Shown here one piece after another: positions 28,128-37,344 of a stretch of 64,000 nt of DNA. A program made the position numbers and the translations under genes. Origin of the DNA: a virus. A model generated the notes under the pieces. It was not told the DNA's origin. It did no database searches and was given only the letters and a program-made list of their open reading frames with translations. How positions within the stretch are numbered: the stretch's first letter is position 1; every line of letters starts with the position of its first letter. The DNA is taken from positions 1-64,000 of IMG/VR virus record IMGVR_UViG_3300042922_000542. The stretch is one strand, 5' to 3'.

Positions 28128-29066
28128 TTATCTCGCATATAATCTATAAATTGCTTCTATCTCATCACCTTCATCTAATATGATTGAGGATCTTGTAAAA
28201 TGAGTAAATAATCTTAAACTTTCATAGTCTCGTATTTCATTATTATACCAGCCGGTCACTAACCCAATTTCATTAATTCTAGGTGTTGTACCACTCTGTG
28301 TAAAATATCCTTTACCATCTTTATTATTGATACTCCAATTCATTTCAACATATGACTCTATAGGAATTGATGAGGTTGATGCATATACCGAATCGTCAAC
28401 CAATTCAGATTCATCACCATTTTCAGTTACCCACGCGTGTACTATATGAGGTTTTGGATCATCAAATCTCTTAACATAGTATGATGTTACACCATTGAGA
28501 TCCTGATATTTACCAAAGTATTTTTCCTGATCAATCGTGGTACCATCATTACTCATTCTAAATGGGATTGCATGAAATAGTGTACGACGTTTATAGTCAG
28601 TAGCAATTGCTGTAACATTATCCTCTTTAGCACCACCATCCCCACACATAAACCCAAATATGAAGTTCATTGCAGAAATATTAACCCCTGCATTAATAGC
28701 AGATCCCGGTTGTGATCCATTTATTTCAGCATTAAACGATGATGATTTATACAATGCCTTAGGTATACCTATTTTCATTTGTGGAGCTTCCTCATTTAAG
28801 TCACCAACTCTTAATGTGGTTTCTTCATCTAAACCGATATTAAATAATTTATTAAATACAAATTGATATGCACCTATTGGGATAATATTATTTTCTCTGA
28901 ATAATACCTCACCTAATTTTGATCTATAGGATTTATTACCGAACGGATCAATAAATTCTTCAGTTATTCTATTTCTCCCAACGATCAATTCTCCCCTAAG
29001 GCCACTACCTAAATACTCCTTACTCAACGTTAAACGATCTGATATATTAATTAGACTCTCATACAT
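28128..29066 (-). CDS. hypothetical protein (312 aa)
   Basis: Long ORF with RBS AAAGGAAA. No motif recognised. Confidence 0.75.
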   Translation of the reverse strand: MYESLINISDRLTLSKEYLGSGLRGELIVGRNRITEEFIDPFGNKSYRSKLGEVLFRENNIIPIGAYQFVFNKLFNIGLDEETTLRVGDLNEEAPQMKIGIPKALYKSSSFNAEINGSQPGSAINAGVNISAMNFIFGFMCGDGGAKEDNVTAIATDYKRRTLFHAIPFRMSNDGTTIDQEKYFGKYQDLNGVTSYYVKRFDDPKPHIVHAWVTENGDESELVDDSVYASTSSIPIESYVEMNWSINNKDGKGYFTQSGTTPRINEIGLVTGWYNNEIRDYESLRLFTHFTRSSIILDEGDEIEAIYRLYAR

Positions 29067-29152
29067 GATAATTAATTTCCTTTCTTATAATAATTTCTTT
29101 TTATTGTAAAGTCAGTTATATAATATAACTTATATTACGGAGGTAACTCATA

Positions 29153-30436
29153 ATGAATATTAAACCTGGTACAAAAATATTTTTATGTAAATATATAATA
29201 AAAAATTTAATAATAATGAATAATGATGATGCAATGCAAATGGATCCAACAAATATACTTATGATCGAATATATTAATGATTATGAAAAGTCATTATTTG
29301 CGGTATTAAAAGTAACACTACGAATAGACGTTCGAAAGAAAATTTATATTCTCGCAAATAAAAGAGATATTAAATGTAAATTAGAAATTGATAAAATTGG
29401 TTATGACGTTGATGTTGAAAATCGTATCACTAATCCAGAACCTGTGATCTCATCTGTATTCTCAGTTTATTTTAATGATGATGATGAAAGTATTGATACA
29501 TCTATATTAGAAAAACGTCTGAATATGAATGATGGCAACGATTCAATTACTGCATCTCAGGATATAAATGATGAGAATTATTTTGAAACTCAAAATACTA
29601 TCGATTTATATTTATTTAATCCAACGTTATTAAAAGCATCCAGATATTCTCATAATGCCGTATATACTTCTGGTACATTACAAAATATAATAGGTCATGT
29701 ATTAACTGTAAGTAAACATGATAAAGTTTTAATGAGTCGAATTGAAAATACCGAGGTATATAAAGAACTATTGCTGCCAGCTAATCCAGCATATAAAAAT
29801 TTATTGTATCTAGATCAATATTATGGATTATATAAAACTGGAGCATTAATTTATTACGATATTGATGTTTTATACATATTAAATACTAATGGCAAAGTTA
29901 CGGCTAAACGAAAAAATGAATGGGGTGAATCAACATTTCTAATTCCAGAATTAGAAAATAGTATACCTGGTTCTGGGATGTTGCGCCAACCTGATGAAAA
30001 AATATTCTATTTAACTGTTGCCGAAGGTGATGTAAATCCACAAAAGACATCTATTATGAAAAATGTGGATGTTGGTAGTAAGTTAAAATTAGCATTATCT
30101 GATGATACAACTATAGACCTTATTACATCACAGCAATCATACATTGATAATCAAAATACTTCTGTAATAAATGTTAAAAAAGAAAATAAATATACTGGTA
30201 CTATGTTACAAGCAAGACTACAGGAAAATGAAGCTGTTATATACATAAGTGGTAATAATCTAGATATAAATGCTTTCACACCAAATAAAACATTTAAAAT
30301 TATTTATGACGAGCAATCAAAAAATACTAAATATAAAGGTGAGTATAGATTAGCATATGCATATCATTGCATTAAAGCTGAATCAGAATCTTATTCAACT
30401 GCATCGCATCATATCATATTAAAAAAAACTAAATAA
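29153..30436 (+). CDS. hypothetical protein (427 aa)
   Basis: RBS GGAGG 9 nt upstream. Confidence 0.75.
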   Translation: MNIKPGTKIFLCKYIIKNLIIMNNDDAMQMDPTNILMIEYINDYEKSLFAVLKVTLRIDVRKKIYILANKRDIKCKLEIDKIGYDVDVENRITNPEPVISSVFSVYFNDDDESIDTSILEKRLNMNDGNDSITASQDINDENYFETQNTIDLYLFNPTLLKASRYSHNAVYTSGTLQNIIGHVLTVSKHDKVLMSRIENTEVYKELLLPANPAYKNLLYLDQYYGLYKTGALIYYDIDVLYILNTNGKVTAKRKNEWGESTFLIPELENSIPGSGMLRQPDEKIFYLTVAEGDVNPQKTSIMKNVDVGSKLKLALSDDTTIDLITSQQSYIDNQNTSVINVKKENKYTGTMLQARLQENEAVIYISGNNLDINAFTPNKTFKIIYDEQSKNTKYKGEYRLAYAYHCIKAESESYSTASHHIILKKTK

Positions 30437-30440
30437 AAAA

Positions 30441-30470
30441 ATATAGGGGAATTTTATAATTCTCCTATAT
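30441..30470. terminator. bidirectional terminator hairpin
   Basis: atatagggga-loop-tctcctatat (one G-T pair) followed by a T-run. Confidence 0.6.
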
Positions 30471-30480
30471 TTCTATTTTT

Positions 30481-30795
30481 TTATAAAATATTATTCTTTA
30501 ACATATTAATCCGTAATGCCTTACCATAAGCTATAGCTAAACGTTCATGGAGTATTTTCAGCAATGACATATCATCATTATACTTAGACGTCGTAATTTC
30601 ATCAAGTAGTTCAACACATGCATCATTAAATGCCTGCTTGTGTTCAGCATCACCAATTGACGCCTCAGTAGTTTCAACAAAATCTGTTTGAATTTCCCAG
30701 TAACGATTTTTTGCTGTATCCATGCTGTGGATAAAACTATATAGATGGTCAAGATTTGCATTTAAAACAGATGTTTTATTATCGGATCCACTCAT
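30481..30795 (-). CDS. hypothetical protein (104 aa)
   Basis: RBS AGAGGTGA. Confidence 0.7.
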   Translation of the reverse strand: MSGSDNKTSVLNANLDHLYSFIHSMDTAKNRYWEIQTDFVETTEASIGDAEHKQAFNDACVELLDEITTSKYNDDMSLLKILHERLAIAYGKALRINMLKNNIL

Positions 30796-30835
30796 TTATT
30801 AAATCACCTCTTTTTATTTTTATAGATTAATTTTA

Positions 30836-31120
30836 TCACATTTCATTGATTGATTTTAGTTTCAATAATATATCGAGCATATAACCCTCAAGTTTAATCT
30901 TTTCTAGATTATAAACTGTATAAGATATAGGGCATAAAGGTTTAATTATTGCCATTTCGAACTTACTCAATCCGATAAAATATTTTTCACCATCTATTAT
31001 TACATACGATCGTTTAAATATGGTATTTGAATTATCGACCAAGTACATGCTCTTTCCAGATCGATCAACTTTAACGCTATTCTTATATTTATTTATACAT
31101 ATTTTATCATTTTTATCCAT
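30836..31120 (-). CDS. hypothetical protein (94 aa)
   Basis: RBS AAAGGTGGA. Confidence 0.7.
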   Translation of the reverse strand: MDKNDKICINKYKNSVKVDRSGKSMYLVDNSNTIFKRSYVIIDGEKYFIGLSKFEMAIIKPLCPISYTVYNLEKIKLEGYMLDILLKLKSINEM

Positions 31121-31193
31121 AATCTATCCACCTTTATCATATTATATTTATATAGATAAAATATATAATATTAAATAGTCCATATACGATTTA

Positions 31194-32372
31194 TTATATA
31201 ATGATGTTTAACATTCTCTTAGCTCGGGTAATGCCGGTATAAATTAATCGTTTTTGTAAATCGATATCATTGTTGGTATTATCAATAATAAATGTGACCT
31301 TATCCCAATGACTAATTCTACTTATATTTGCAGATAAAGCATAAGCATATGAAAACTTCATAGGTTCATCTGGCACAATCTGTGTTGACTTTAGATCAAA
31401 ATTATTTAAATGGTGACGGTCCATTACTAAATCCAGAAATTCATCATGATAGAATTCAGGTTTAAAGTTTACTGTAACATATTTGGTTGTAGGTGCATGT
31501 TTATTGACTTTAGTTAAATAACCAACTAAGCCTTTAGTCAAATGAACTTTAACATTTTTATTATCATTATTTACCAATCCTTCATTATATATAGATGATT
31601 CTGTAATTACCCTCTCACCAACAACATTGACAATATCTTTTCTATGCATTACCCTGTTTCGATAAATGTTATTTATTGCATGGCGCAACTCTTCAGATAC
31701 GGTTATATTCATATCTGATACTTTTAAATTATAAAGATTCATTTGTCTTCTTGGCACTATACTAACATTGTCGTAATTTCCATATTTTAATGTTTCCCCA
31801 TTAATGATTTTATGTGCAAAATACACTATAGGATTTTTAATATATTCCGGATTTACTTCATTTAATTCAATATTTGCATCTCGTAAAAATGTAAAAGTAT
31901 TCGGTGCTGGTAACAGCATCGGATCTCTTATAAGTATTACTGGCAATCCGAAAGATGCCAAATCTTGAATTGTTTGTAAATCCAATAGCGTTGAATCAAA
32001 CACCACCATTAATTTATATCTAGGATTTATTTTTGATTTGCGTTTCTTTTTCCATTCAAATTTTGTATGATCACTGGCCGGATTGAGTATAGGAATTGTA
32101 TTGAAATCCGTGATTCTAATATATTCATATAGAACATGATTTATATAATATGCATGGTATCCCTTTATTGCTAAATCCAATACTTGTTTTTGGTTATATG
32201 ATAAATACATAATTTCTCTTTTATCAAGATTTGTTGATTCTACAAAACCCATTATAGTATCAAATACACCAGTACCCACAACACCGGATATTTCAATTAA
32301 CTGATGCTGATATTTATTATACCATGAATTGAGTTTTGATAATGCCACGTATTGATCATTCGTAAGCATCAT
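31194..32372 (-). CDS. SF1 Dda/RecD-like helicase homologue with degenerate Walker A and B motifs
   Basis: The N-terminus LTNDQYVALSKL...GVVGTGVFDT matches the LTxxQ...GxAGTGKT layout but has lost the Lys-Thr. VVFDSTLL replaces DEaSM. RDPMLLPAP resembles GDxxQLPPV. C-terminal YTGITRAKRML is present. Confidence 0.65.
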   Translation of the reverse strand: MMLTNDQYVALSKLNSWYNKYQHQLIEISGVVGTGVFDTIMGFVESTNLDKREIMYLSYNQKQVLDLAIKGYHAYYINHVLYEYIRITDFNTIPILNPASDHTKFEWKKKRKSKINPRYKLMVVFDSTLLDLQTIQDLASFGLPVILIRDPMLLPAPNTFTFLRDANIELNEVNPEYIKNPIVYFAHKIINGETLKYGNYDNVSIVPRRQMNLYNLKVSDMNITVSEELRHAINNIYRNRVMHRKDIVNVVGERVITESSIYNEGLVNNDNKNVKVHLTKGLVGYLTKVNKHAPTTKYVTVNFKPEFYHDEFLDLVMDRHHLNNFDLKSTQIVPDEPMKFSYAYALSANISRISHWDKVTFIIDNTNNDIDLQKRLIYTGITRAKRMLNIII

Positions 32373-32475
32373 ATTGCTTCACCTACCTATTTCATTTAGA
32401 TTATATTACAGAGTTCATGTAGCATTTAAAGATAATATGATTATACATTCTTTTATTAAGAAGGAGGATTATAAT

Positions 32476-32805
32476 ATGAATATTATTGATAATATTAGAG
32501 TTGAATTACAAGAGTTAGATATTTTAGATAAAACAAGACAGTATATGAATTCATTAGACAATATAGATGATAAGAAAAAAATACTGTTTGATGTTATGCA
32601 TGCATTCAATCCAAAACAAGCTAAATATTTCGAAAACATGTATGAAAATCTTAATGAATCCGAAAAGAAAGAATTCATCGATTCTACTATATGTGATGGT
32701 ATAATAATCTCTGTAGGAAACTATGATGATGTAAAACGTAGTAGAACAATAAGGGATGTTAATGAAAAATTTGGTGATATTTTAAATAGAAATGAAAATA
32801 AATGA
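32476..32805 (+). CDS. hypothetical protein (109 aa), paralogue of 33319-33708
   Basis: AAGGAGG upstream of ATG 32476 (the track start is further upstream). Shares LDNIDDKKxxLF...F(E)xxYExL(S/N)xxEKxxFI with the downstream paralogue. Confidence 0.7.
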   Translation: MNIIDNIRVELQELDILDKTRQYMNSLDNIDDKKKILFDVMHAFNPKQAKYFENMYENLNESEKKEFIDSTICDGIIISVGNYDDVKRSRTIRDVNEKFGDILNRNENK

Positions 32806-32836
32806 ATAATTTGATACTGGAGGGATATATTATATT

Positions 32837-33307
32837 ATGGAAATTAAAATTGAGAAGTATTTATCAGAAGAGCAGATGAAAACAATTGCTGAAGAGGTCT
32901 TTACCGAAAAAATGAAGGCTGATGTAGATCGAGTGATTCAAGCAAGAACATGTGGAAAACTCGTTGATAATATTTTTAACAAAATAGTGGAATCATATGT
33001 CACTGAGATTTCAGATAAGTATAAAGATGATATACTAAAGCTATGTAAATCTGAAATATCCAGGGATCAGAGTAATAACAATGATTGGGATGATACGTTG
33101 AGGGCAACCATCGATTATAAATTAAAGGAAACTTCAAATGTAATAATCGATGAACATATAGATGAAATAAAACCTATAGTATATTCCAAAATTTTAAGAT
33201 GTTGCAACGAAGTATCCGTAAATGCTTTCATTAGTGATATCATAAGGAAACTTGATTTAGATAAGGCGGTTAAAGAAGTATTAGGCGAATATGCCAAAAA
33301 AATATGA
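32837..33307 (+). CDS. hypothetical protein (156 aa)
   Basis: RBS GGAGGG. Confidence 0.7.
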   Translation: MEIKIEKYLSEEQMKTIAEEVFTEKMKADVDRVIQARTCGKLVDNIFNKIVESYVTEISDKYKDDILKLCKSEISRDQSNNNDWDDTLRATIDYKLKETSNVIIDEHIDEIKPIVYSKILRCCNEVSVNAFISDIIRKLDLDKAVKEVLGEYAKKI

Positions 33308-33318
33308 GGTATAATATA

Positions 33319-33708
33319 ATGAATAATAGTTATGATCACTCAAATAAATCTGACATCGAAGATCGTGCATTAGAAAAAACCAATGTTGCTAGTATTGGAA
33401 TCGATACAAGAATCATTTTTGCATGTAAAGATGTTAGGGAATGTATGATGACACTTGATAACATCGATGATAAGAAAAATGTATTATTCGCCACTATGAA
33501 AATTTTAGCCCCTATGCAGGTTAAACATTTTGAAGATTTATATGAATCACTTAGTGCAGAAGAGAAGCATAAATTTATCGAGATGACTATTAGGGATGGT
33601 ATATTTATAATTGATAATTCATCTAAAGATGATGCTATGATTACAAATGCTATAAATGAAATTCATGCCAAAATTAAGGATTTTGAATATAGTGAAAATC
33701 TAATATGA
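33319..33708 (+). CDS. hypothetical protein (129 aa), paralogue of 32476-32805
   Basis: GAGGT 8 nt upstream of ATG 33319. Confidence 0.7.
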   Translation: MNNSYDHSNKSDIEDRALEKTNVASIGIDTRIIFACKDVRECMMTLDNIDDKKNVLFATMKILAPMQVKHFEDLYESLSAEEKHKFIEMTIRDGIFIIDNSSKDDAMITNAINEIHAKIKDFEYSENLI

Positions 33709-33743
33709 TTATTCACATACTATAAAAAGAGAGGTAATACATA

Positions 33744-34340
33744 ATGGAAGAAAATCAGGTTTATTCAGTTAAGGGATGCGAAACTGGACATATATCAATT
33801 CGGAATCGTGTTATGCATAATGAAAATATACACTATGTCGAAAATGTCAATGTTCATATAGAATTGTTGGAAGGCGGTATAATGCCGCAATATAAACATT
33901 GCGGTGATGCTGGAATGGATGTATATGCGATAAATGATATGATTATAAAACCAGGAGCTACAGTTAGGGTTCGTACTGGTATAAAGTTAGCAGTGCCATT
34001 TGGATATGAGGTTCAGGTTAGACCTAGAAGTGGAATATCCTTTAACACACCATTGAGGGTTGCTAATGCACCTGGCACTATAGATAATAATTTTAAAGGT
34101 GAAATAGAAGTAATTATGACTAATACATCCCCTCATAATATGGATATAACAGGCATGCCACTATTAACATTAGAATCTGAAGGCAATCAATTTGGCACAT
34201 ATAACATAAGAAAAGGTGATAGAATAGCACAAATTGTATTAGAGAAAATTCCTATAATGGAATTGATTCAGGTTGATTCAATCGCGGATATTGGTGAAGA
34301 TAGAGGCGGTGGATTTGGTTCATCTGGTATAACTGGTTAA
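33744..34340 (+). CDS. dut: trimeric dUTPase with N-terminal extension and internal insertion
   Basis: All five motifs are present: AGMDVYA, RPRSGIS, GTIDNNFKGEI, GDRIAQIVL, RGGGFGSSG. Confidence 0.9.
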   Translation: MEENQVYSVKGCETGHISIRNRVMHNENIHYVENVNVHIELLEGGIMPQYKHCGDAGMDVYAINDMIIKPGATVRVRTGIKLAVPFGYEVQVRPRSGISFNTPLRVANAPGTIDNNFKGEIEVIMTNTSPHNMDITGMPLLTLESEGNQFGTYNIRKGDRIAQIVLEKIPIMELIQVDSIADIGEDRGGGFGSSGITG

Positions 34341-34373
34341 AATAAGAGGGGGGGAAACAATCCCCCTCTTATT
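34341..34373. terminator. bidirectional terminator hairpin
   Basis: aataagaggggg...ccccctcttatt followed by a T-run. It overlaps the stop of the minus-strand gene. Confidence 0.7.
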
Positions 34374-35367
34374 ATTTTTTATCTTTTTTATCGCTTGTAG
34401 GTTCAAGTAGATTATGTTTATCCGATTTTTCTAATTGTTTAAGAGTCTTATCAATTGTTGAAATATCCGATATTATATATTTAACTAAATTTCCTATTAT
34501 TGATACAACTGTGGAAATCATTTGTATAGAATTCTTCGCTTTCAATTGATCCTCGGGCGATAATTTTGAAACTGTCCCTTTTATCTTATTCGCATCAAAT
34601 TTGGTCTCAGCCATTTTAGCCAACTCTTCAAATTTAGGTTTATCTGCTTTTAATGAATTTAAAACATTATTTATTCCAGTATAATATACGGACTTTGGAG
34701 ATAAATATGTTTCAACTACCTGTTTATTATTAACATGAATTACGGTTTTTTCAAATTTGATTTTAGATATTTTATTATAGATATTATTCATTTTATTATA
34801 AGTCACAAAATCATTTCCATTAAATATAAATAACCCTTTAGAATAATCACCTTCAGTAGTAAATGAGGTTGCCAGTGTCATGAAATCTTTTAGATATTTA
34901 ATAATATCAGTTTGTAGCAATGGCATATCATCTATAGTTATATACAATTCGATATTTTTATTAACTTTATTATATATTTTTTCTGGAATTTTTGTTAAAT
35001 ATTTAATCATTTTAGCTAATGCCAAAGGTATTTTAACTAAATTTACAATTATAAATTTTAGTATTTTTGTAATCAGATTCATGGAATTAACAGTTAGCTG
35101 ATATATTGTATCAATTATTGCTCCTCCTGCATCTGTTATATTATTATACACCTCTAATGCATCTTTAGTACCTTTACCAGCGCGATTAGCTGCATTCTTA
35201 ACACCTCGTATAATTCCTTGAGACTGTCCAACTGCAGCTTCATTAAATAATAAATCAGTAGATAATAACATGTCTAATGATTCAATATGCGATGTGAATT
35301 CATTGAATGAATTATTATCTATATCAAATTCAGTAAATATGTTTAATTCAAAAATGTCATTTGACAT
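34372..35367 (-). CDS. hypothetical protein (331 aa)
   Basis: AAGGAGG upstream of Met10 of the track ORF (ATG 35367). Confidence 0.7.
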   Translation of the reverse strand: MSNDIFELNIFTEFDIDNNSFNEFTSHIESLDMLLSTDLLFNEAAVGQSQGIIRGVKNAANRAGKGTKDALEVYNNITDAGGAIIDTIYQLTVNSMNLITKILKFIIVNLVKIPLALAKMIKYLTKIPEKIYNKVNKNIELYITIDDMPLLQTDIIKYLKDFMTLATSFTTEGDYSKGLFIFNGNDFVTYNKMNNIYNKISKIKFEKTVIHVNNKQVVETYLSPKSVYYTGINNVLNSLKADKPKFEELAKMAETKFDANKIKGTVSKLSPEDQLKAKNSIQMISTVVSIIGNLVKYIISDISTIDKTLKQLEKSDKHNLLEPTSDKKDKK

Positions 35368-35487
35368 AAGTATTTTCCTCCTTATTAGAATCATTTAAAT
35401 ATATCGTATTAATATTTTGGTTCAAAAATAGTATACTAAGTATCTACTATTATATATTATAAATACAGTAGAATATGGAGGTATATT

Positions 35488-35658
35488 ATGAAAAATCATG
35501 TAATAGAAAAAGTTGTCAAGACAAGAATAATAGATAATACTATATTTAGTGGATTTAAACCCGGTTATCTTTATATTGGACAGTGTCCAAATTGTAATTT
35601 ACCAAGGATTATATGCGGTCATGAAATAAAAGTAAATCAGGAGAATACTAATGAATAA
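35488..35658 (+). CDS. small protein (56 aa) with CPNC...C-x-H motif
   Basis: Below the track's size cut-off and found by hand. GGAGG lies 7 nt upstream. Sequence: MKNHVIEKVVKTRIIDNTIFSGFKPGYLYIGQCPNCNLPRIICGHEIKVNQENTNE. Confidence 0.5.
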   Translation: MKNHVIEKVVKTRIIDNTIFSGFKPGYLYIGQCPNCNLPRIICGHEIKVNQENTNE

Positions 35659-35824
35659 TATAGATAGATTAGAAGAATATGAAAATATTGATTTTGATCG
35701 ATTAATTATCGATATCAATAGAGGTAAAGTTAAATGTGGTAAATATGCACATCTTGTTAAAATTAAAGAAAATAATAAAAAGGAGAATAACCATGGATCA
35801 AAAAATAACGACAAATTCAAATAA
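35651..35824 (+). CDS. small protein (57 aa)
   Basis: Found by hand. CAGGAG lies 6 nt upstream. The start overlaps the previous stop (ATGAATAA). Confidence 0.45.
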   Translation: MNNIDRLEEYENIDFDRLIIDINRGKVKCGKYAHLVKIKENNKKENNHGSKNNDKFK

Positions 35825-35960
35825 TAATTTAAAATTCGATGAATTACTTAAAACGAATAAAGATAATAATACAGTTGGAAAAAATCATAATGAGAGTGCT
35901 ATAAATAATGAATCATTAAGTTCAGAACCAACCGGCAAATTACAATATTTCACCGAATAA
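35793..35960 (+). CDS. small Cys-free peptide (55 aa), candidate precursor peptide
   Basis: AAAAGGAG lies 7 nt upstream of ATG 35793 (Met20 of the track ORF). It is followed directly by a 14-bp hairpin and then a radical-SAM gene. Asn/Ser-rich, ends in ...EPTGKLQYFTE. Confidence 0.5.
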   Translation: MDQKITTNSNNNLKFDELLKTNKDNNTVGKNHNESAINNESLSSEPTGKLQYFTE

Positions 35961-35990
35961 TATAGTAGGTGGGTTTCCACCTACTATATT
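35959..35990 (+). terminator. strong hairpin (terminator/attenuator) between the peptide gene and the radical-SAM gene
   Basis: aatatagtaggtgg-gttt-ccacctactatatt, a 14-bp perfect stem, then aattttcattt. Confidence 0.7.
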
Positions 35991-36017
35991 AATTTTCATT
36001 TACTAGGAGGGATTATA

Positions 36018-36764
36018 ATGATATTAATGTTAACTTCAAGATGCAATGGCAATTGTACTCACTGTATGTCTAGATGCACTGAAGATGGAATTGATATGAG
36101 TATGAAGGTACTCAAAGATAGTATAGAATTTATTAAGAAATTATATGTTAATACTATAAATATTGGCGGCGGTGAACCGACAATGCACCCTGCATTTATA
36201 GAATGTTTAAAGCTTATCAAAAATGAGATTGGTGACCGCATCATCACATTATGTACAAATGGGATTTTTGTACGTAATGAATATTTATTCAATGAAATAA
36301 AGGAATTAGATATATTAATTCAAACTACATATAATGCAGATTTATATAAGACTGGTTTGACTGATGAGGAAATAAATAAATTAAAAGATATAAGTGTTGT
36401 TGTATTGGATGAACCATCTAAGGAGAGATTACTTGAATATGGTAGAGCATTAGACAATAATCTTGAAACATCAACTACGAGAATATCACCATTATGTTTT
36501 AATATAAGATCCCTAGTTAAGGCTAGTGAATTTGAGCTGGATGCTGCTATTAATAGACTTGAATGGATGAATAAATTCTGCTGCCCAACAATTAGACCTG
36601 ATGGATCAATCAGTTTAAGTGAATCATTATGTTGTCCATCAATCGGGACAATATATGATAGTATTGATACTCTTACAGAAAATATAAAAAAATTTAATTG
36701 TACCAATTGTGTTTATGCCAAACGATTACTCAATGATGATCGATATTCATCAATATTAAAATAA
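36018..36764 (+). CDS. small radical SAM enzyme (248 aa) with C-terminal Cys cluster
   Basis: RBS AGGAGGG. CNGNCTHC at nt 36042-36065. GGGEP motif. C-terminal CCPTIRPDGSISLSESLCCP...CTNC. Confidence 0.8.
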   Translation: MILMLTSRCNGNCTHCMSRCTEDGIDMSMKVLKDSIEFIKKLYVNTINIGGGEPTMHPAFIECLKLIKNEIGDRIITLCTNGIFVRNEYLFNEIKELDILIQTTYNADLYKTGLTDEEINKLKDISVVVLDEPSKERLLEYGRALDNNLETSTTRISPLCFNIRSLVKASEFELDAAINRLEWMNKFCCPTIRPDGSISLSESLCCPSIGTIYDSIDTLTENIKKFNCTNCVYAKRLLNDDRYSSILK

Positions 36765-36786
36765 TAAAATATAACGGGGGTATTAC

Positions 36787-37344
36787 ATGGAAAATATTAC
36801 AACAATAATCAATACATCAAATATCATACAGGAACATTTAGAACCTATCGTATTAAAAGTACGAAAAGAGATGTCTGAAATTTATGATATTACAAAATCA
36901 GAATATGCTGAATATGCAGGTCTATGCAATGTAGGTTGCGCGATGTTTAAATTTGAAATACAAGAACTAGCGAAGAAATATGATTTAGATATTAAGACTA
37001 TGATAATACACGGTGAGCAAAGACATAATCATCGCATTAAACCTGATGATTGGTATATTCAACATACATGGATTTCTGTATATGGTTTATGTTTGAATGA
37101 AAATATTTATGTGGATTTAACATCGCAACAATTTAAGTATTTATATGATGATATTCCTGATTATTACATATCAACAACTCCACCGCCATGGTATATGCCA
37201 GATAAAGAAAATGGTTTCTTTAAGATATATGATTTTAACAAATGGATCGCAATCCATATCATTGAAAATATTGATTATCATATATGGGGTGGAATTTGCA
37301 AATTGTATAATAAATTATTAAAAATAAATAAAAAGAATAAATAA
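36787..37344 (+). CDS. hypothetical protein (185 aa)
   Basis: RBS ACGGGGG upstream. Confidence 0.7.
   Translation: MENITTIINTSNIIQEHLEPIVLKVRKEMSEIYDITKSEYAEYAGLCNVGCAMFKFEIQELAKKYDLDIKTMIIHGEQRHNHRIKPDDWYIQHTWISVYGLCLNENIYVDLTSQQFKYLYDDIPDYYISTTPPPWYMPDKENGFFKIYDFNKWIAIHIIENIDYHIWGGICKLYNKLLKINKKNK

Noticed and set aside
35599-35820. Minus-strand 73-aa ORF in the small-gene region
   Set aside because: Its translation is hydrophobic and low-complexity, and it has no RBS. The plus strand here carries three RBS-preceded ORFs in an operon with the downstream radical-SAM gene.
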